Part shown: in pieces, positions 58,601 through 64,000 of the stretch
How the letters are laid out: each line of letters opens with the position of its first letter
Position numbering within the stretch: position 1 is the stretch's first letter
From: Tubulanus polymorphus
Taxonomy: Eukaryota; Animalia; Nemertea
Direction of reading: 5' to 3'
Length of the DNA: 64,000 bases
NCBI RefSeq assembly: GCF_964204645.1
Contig: NC_134026.1
Coordinates: forward strand, 26,198,150-26,262,149
Notes under the pieces: generated by a model
The model's input: the letters and a program-made list of their open reading frames with translations, nothing else
Told to the model about the DNA's origin: nothing
Databases searched by the model: none
Made by a program: the position numbers and the translations under genes

Positions 58601-60937
58601 GATATCAATAATATCTGCATGACAATGAATATCGTGAAAGATATGAAATCCTCGTTTATTACAGGTAGACATATAATCGGTGTTTTATCACGCGAGCTAT
58701 TTACTGCTAGATCTTGACAAACGAATCGAATCATCTAAAACTGTACGGAGCTTTTTGTTTGAGTAAATATTTTTGTCATTTGATATTAAGAGTGACATAC
58801 GCGTTTCATGCGTCAGTCATTTTTTCGCATAATGCCCACGTGTAATCATACCATTTATTGGCAATGAGACGTTATTTTACTTGCGTAAATGTTTCAGATA
58901 ACAGCTTCTAAATGGCAACACTTATAAGCAATGACATCAAGAATCCATTAAAGCAAATGCACTCAAGTCATGGGTATGGCACTAGCTTATACAAAGATGA
59001 GATCTATACCGTACTAGCGAGATTCAAATCAACCTTACCGCATTAATCTGCCAGACACATTGAAACATTCAGCGGCAGAAGACACGATTTTACTGTATAA
59101 ATTTTGACAAGGAAATGATCAATTAGTTGTCATCGACGTAAAAGTACAAGAATGACTTTCTTACTTGTCAAATGAACCTTCAAGCATTAATCAGAATAAA
59201 GAAGTGAAACTTTTACTGATTATGGATTTTCTTGTCAGCCGGTGATCTATCAATAAAACTAATATATGAGACGCATTGATGGCATTTCAACCGTGAAAAC
59301 AGTTACATGCTCCATTTTCATTTTTGATTACGTACATCTCCTGTTACAATTTGAAATCAGTCAACCAGTCAATAGAAGCGCAGCAAAATCCCTGCGTGTG
59401 CCTGCCTGAATAATTGATAATAATACTGTCTTCAAGAGAGAAGGCTACAAAACAGTAAAACGACTGATCGCATAACACCAGGAAAATAATACATGACTCA
59501 GGGTTCATCATGGCACTGCCGATCGAAATTCTCCGCTATTCGCTGCTACATTGAAACAATTTTCACTGCAAAATGAATAGCATACAAGGCGAATACTTTC
59601 CTGATTCTGAAAAATATTCACAACACGTTTCTGATGCCACAAATTGGCCCCATTTTTCAGTAGACGTTTATCTGGTCATGCCATTTTCACAGCCCTCTTA
59701 TTATTTCCAAATTCACCGCTATTCAAAAGCTCGAAAGATTTTTTTCAATTTCCTTTATTATCAGTCTACAAACAAGTATGATTGTAGTATTTTTCTAGAT
59801 ATCTCAAGATTTCAATCCAAACGCTTAATAATGAGAACTAATGCACATTCCAACAGACCCGCAGGCAGAAAGTCACTCATTTCACTTCAGCTTCCTGGTT
59901 ATAAAATCATTTATTGCCAATAAAGAAAAACTTCGCAATAAAATCAAGAGTAGCTGATTATAAGGAATAAATGCTCACAGCAACACCATCAGACTGGCAC
60001 GTCACTTTATTTCTCATTCACCGAGCTTTCCTCAGGGAATAACTTATGAAAACATCGACTTCAATCGTTGTTCGAAATTCTTATACATATACAGAAAATA
60101 TTGATTGAATACAGAAATATAAGCCATATAAGATCACGGGGTCAGTTAATTCCCATGGAAACTCAACAGCTGAACAGACCATTTTAGACATAAACATTTA
60201 ACAATAAGCAACATTAAATAAGGAATGATGTTTTCATGGATTGTTTTTTACATGTCAAGTTTAGATTCTGCTAAATTCAAATTACCATTAACGTTTCTAT
60301 TAAAACTTCTTGCCAACAGACAATAAAATGAAGAATGATTTAGGTAATTAATTTAGCGCTCGCTCGATACAATTTGCATAAAGGCCTAGCTAGATTGGAA
60401 TTAGCTAGCTGCAGGCAGGTGTGTCTGCAGATACACCACAATTCTAATGTAATTAAAACTTCATAAATGTATGACTTCAATTAGTGACTTTTAGCCGCGA
60501 GGATTCAATCATCTCACAACACTAATTCTCTCTCATCTATCAAGTGCATGCGAAGCTAATTAAATCCTTGATTTGGCAAATTCAACACCCAGTTGAAGAC
60601 TTTGCGAGGATTTACAGTTTTTATGTTGGCTGAAGAATAATTAATGAGAAAGTCTGAAATTTCATGTAGATAAGTCTAGATTTATAGGAATATCCAGACT
60701 CGTTAGTTGAAGATTATAAATATGTCATATGCAATCAAATTACCAAAACTCTGTAGTTAATTTACAACACTGCACAACCCTCTATGACATAATGAATGAA
60801 GGCTTACATTGGAAACTCTAATGGATTGTTATAGCAATGAATTAGAGCCAGATGAATTCATGAGCCAGAGAAAAGTGATCTTATTGGCAAAAACTCCATA
60901 CGATCAATATTTCATACCTTCACGTTACGATGTCCAC

Positions 60938-63900
60938 TTATACAACAAGATACTTTTCCATTATCATCCGAGCCATATCATCAGAATTACTGGATTGATA
61001 AATGCGACACAAATTAAATGCCAATTCTTTGGTGAGATCAAATACCTGCAACATACAATAAGAGTTTTTTCTAAATATCATGAACAGTCATATTATTACC
61101 TACACATTTCTAACAGTGACAGCGAAATATCCATTAAGTAAAAACAATTTTATTTATTTATTCATTGAACTCTTCTCCATCCACCTGTCTTTCAATGATA
61201 TAGCTTTTTTAACTTTACAGCCGGTTATTATTGTCATAGCAACATTTGCAGACCAGTAAGCACAATGTGAAGAATGATATTCTAAACTTACTCCGTCCTC
61301 TCCTTCAATGCAGGGTGATAAAGTCAGACCTTTCTCATAGAAATACACTGCAGCATGGAACAAACCTAAAGTGATAATTTCATGAATTACTTATGAATGT
61401 TTATTCTATCAAGTGAAAACTATTTCTATATTCATCTACAAGATGTGATAACATACTTAATTGATGCATAGCTCGACCCAAGTTGAAACAAGATTCTTGA
61501 CATTCTCCGCGTAACTGCATATACTGGTTCAAAAACGCACAACCCTGCAATTACCATTTTAATTATAAGAAAATAATGATTGCTTTTCGTACGGACTGAG
61601 ATAGTGGATACACACAAAATAATTGCTAACCTGAATAACTAGAAAATGTCGCCTCATGGAGAATTTAGCAGAAGCTAAATAGATAAACGACAATCCGATA
61701 CAAAGTGAAATAAGCGGATCCTTCGGAATACGGCGATAAGCAGCAATATATTCAGCTGAAAATAAACCCGACATTCAATCATTGAGTAACATGTTAAAAA
61801 CCTGATGTTTAAGGTGCTATACATACCGAGAGCGTATTTATAATTTCCATTGATCATAGATTGATGGCCATTCAAGATTCCTAATGGTAAATTATCAGTG
61901 GCCTGAAACGATGTTGGTGGATAAGATATTACACATTCGAGTACTTTCGTCGAAGATTTGTTTAATATCTAGTACGCACCTTTAGCATGTATCTCATTAA
62001 GAATCTATTGTGTCTCTGATGGTCAGAAATGTGGATAACTTGATTAAAAAGATTCCAAGCTCGATTGTTGTCTATTTCCTGAAATACGAGTATGTTAACT
62101 AATCTCAATACATAATAACCCAGAAATGAGAAGAGAGATGAATATTACTCAAATTTTTACCTTCATACAGTACTCCTTCACAAAGTTAAATGCATAATTC
62201 CCATTCTTGTTCAAAATGAATGATATCAAACAGATAAATTCTGCTTCCTACAAATAGAAATAAAATCATTGCCATAAAGACCAACCTACAGTTGAATTTG
62301 ATTCATTCATTTAGGACTTACCTTAGATTTACTTGAATCATCCATAAACTGAGGTACTGTTAAAGCTGTTATTGCTAGTTCTTCAAATTCCTGATATCTG
62401 TCCAAATCACAAAGTGTATTACAGACCTGTGAATATGCACATTTGAATAAGTTATTGTCAGATATTGGATGGAAGCAGGTATTTGGAGCAAATGTTACAA
62501 TTGTCAGTACCTTAAGATATAGTTCCCATACATCATCAAGTGGCAAGGCATTTGTCCCATCAAAACAGGGAGCTAGGATTTATCAAAGAAGCAACATTTA
62601 AATAACCATCTTTCGATATTAAGAAATTGGTCAGTTTTGCTGATGTTTACCGTCTTTCAAAACTGAATGCACATCCGATCCCAGCATCTGCCTCAAAGCT
62701 AGACTCCTATGTTTCTGAGTTCTATAACTTAACACAACTATAAAAGAGGAGCAATTCTGTCAAATTTATGGTATCTCTATCATAAGATCAATATTCTATG
62801 AATGTTATGAATGATTACCCGCAATGTGCTGTGGATTGAGAATTTCTTTGAAATGGCTGAATAACATCTTCTTCGCCAGTTCAAGAAATTCGGAATATTT
62901 TCCTTGAGAATGAAGTAACAGACAGCGCTGATGTAACAATCTGATATCTTGTCCAATAATTTCTTGCGGTTTTGAAATATCTGAAAGATGTGTAATTCAA
63001 GATGAAGTAAATTGTCTTTGATATGCAAAACCAAAGGATAGTAGATCCGGTGTATCAAATGGATCAATACCTTGCGTCAGTGCATTAAGAGCTTCCTCTG
63101 GTTTACCAAGTCTTTGTTGTATGGTGGATAATTGTACACGTGCGTTGAAATGAATTGGAGCCAGTTCAACTACATGTTTGAATGCTTCGGCAGCATTCTG
63201 TAGTTCACCCATCGCATTTAAACATTCACCATATGTGTTCCATACAGCAGCCTAGTCAAATAAACCAACACGTTATCAATGATTCTATGTTAGCTCCCCT
63301 TAGATCAAGAGTACGATAGATGGCGAATGTGTGCAACAGCAAATAACACAAAGTCTTACCAAGTTATATGTTTGTGAATTAACAAGAGTTGCCAGAATGG
63401 GTTTAGCTTCTTTAAATTGATCTTCTTCCATGTAGGCTTCAGATACATCCAAGAAAAGGTCACCATACTCTTCAGCACTCAATTCAAATAGCGGAGCAAC
63501 CAGAACCTGAAAAGAAATTATGCGCTATGTAGCACTTGAAAAGAGACGATAGAAGAGTACTAAACAGGTTCTAACGGAATGAGAATTGTTTACCTGGACT
63601 ATTTCATCCATTTTCAGATGTATCAAGCAAACAACGAGTTTAACTTGGAGATCAATCGGCATCATTTCAGGTACAATCACACTACAACGTAATACCGGGA
63701 AAAAAAATTCTCAAAATTTTTGATCCATAAAACATACAGATTATGTTGTCTCATTATCGAAATGCACCTTTTGATATTTTCTCGCAATTCCTTAGTTTCA
63801 AAAATATCCCTGGCAGTTTGTCCTTCGATTTCTTCATCTCTCAACAATTTCAATTTGATTCCACAATTTTGTACTATAACCTATCGTTATAAGCGATTAT

Positions 63901-64000
63901 TATGAAATGCATTAAATAAACAGTAAACAAGTAATATTGTAAGCATATTTTCTTCAGTTTCTTTACCTGAACTGGTTTAACATATTCTTTCTGAGACATA
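60938..64000 (-). CDS. GTF3C3: General transcription factor IIIC subunit 3 (TFIIIC102, TPR protein); 5' part lies beyond the window
   Basis: MPIDLQVKLVVCLIHL...EEYGDLFLDVSEAYM...YNL|AAVWNTYGECLNAMGELQNAAEAFKHVVELAPIHFNARVQLSTIQQRLGKPEEALNAL...HNRFLMR...LNGHQSMINGNYKYAL...QESCFNLGRAMHQL|GLFHAAVYFYEKGL...|VFDLTKELAFNLCRIYQSS...KYLVV*; matches the GTF3C3 C-terminus. Confidence 0.93.

Noticed and set aside
59349-59361. miR-29-like ATTTGAAATCAGT
   Set aside because: Seed absent and no hairpin.

Overview
Eukaryotic, AT-rich, gene-dense genomic DNA with short GT-AG introns from an invertebrate bilaterian (probably a marine spiralian; taxon is inference). I can support 13 protein-coding genes: SREK1/SRSF11-type SR protein (+), FMO (+), ACTR1A/Arp1 (+), an ankyrin-SOCS box gene (-), a TNIP2/CEP55-like coiled-coil zinc-finger gene (+), PEBP (-), neurensin (+), STPG1 (-), RRM2 (+), RNF144 (-), DEK (+), a KCNE-like single-pass membrane protein (-) and the 3' part of GTF3C3 (-). 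There are also several MITEs with visible TIRs and TSDs (pogo/Tc1-like, hAT, hAT5-like, Ginger-like, foldback) and two long (AT)n tracts. The most interesting unexplained signals are: (1) three histone-stem-loop-like hairpins with a compensatory base pair in the polyadenylated RRM2 3' UTR; (2) an invertebrate KCNE-like gene in ungapped register with KCNE1, under a ~12 kb non-coding domain; (3) a TNIP2/CEP55-like protein with three EABR-like exon modules, a degenerate UBAN and a kappaB-rich promoter; (4) a GC-rich, apparently structured RNA divergent from ACTR1A; (5) a candidate poison-exon/microexon switch in the SR gene. All homology calls are from remembered sequences, not searches, and exon limits were read by eye.
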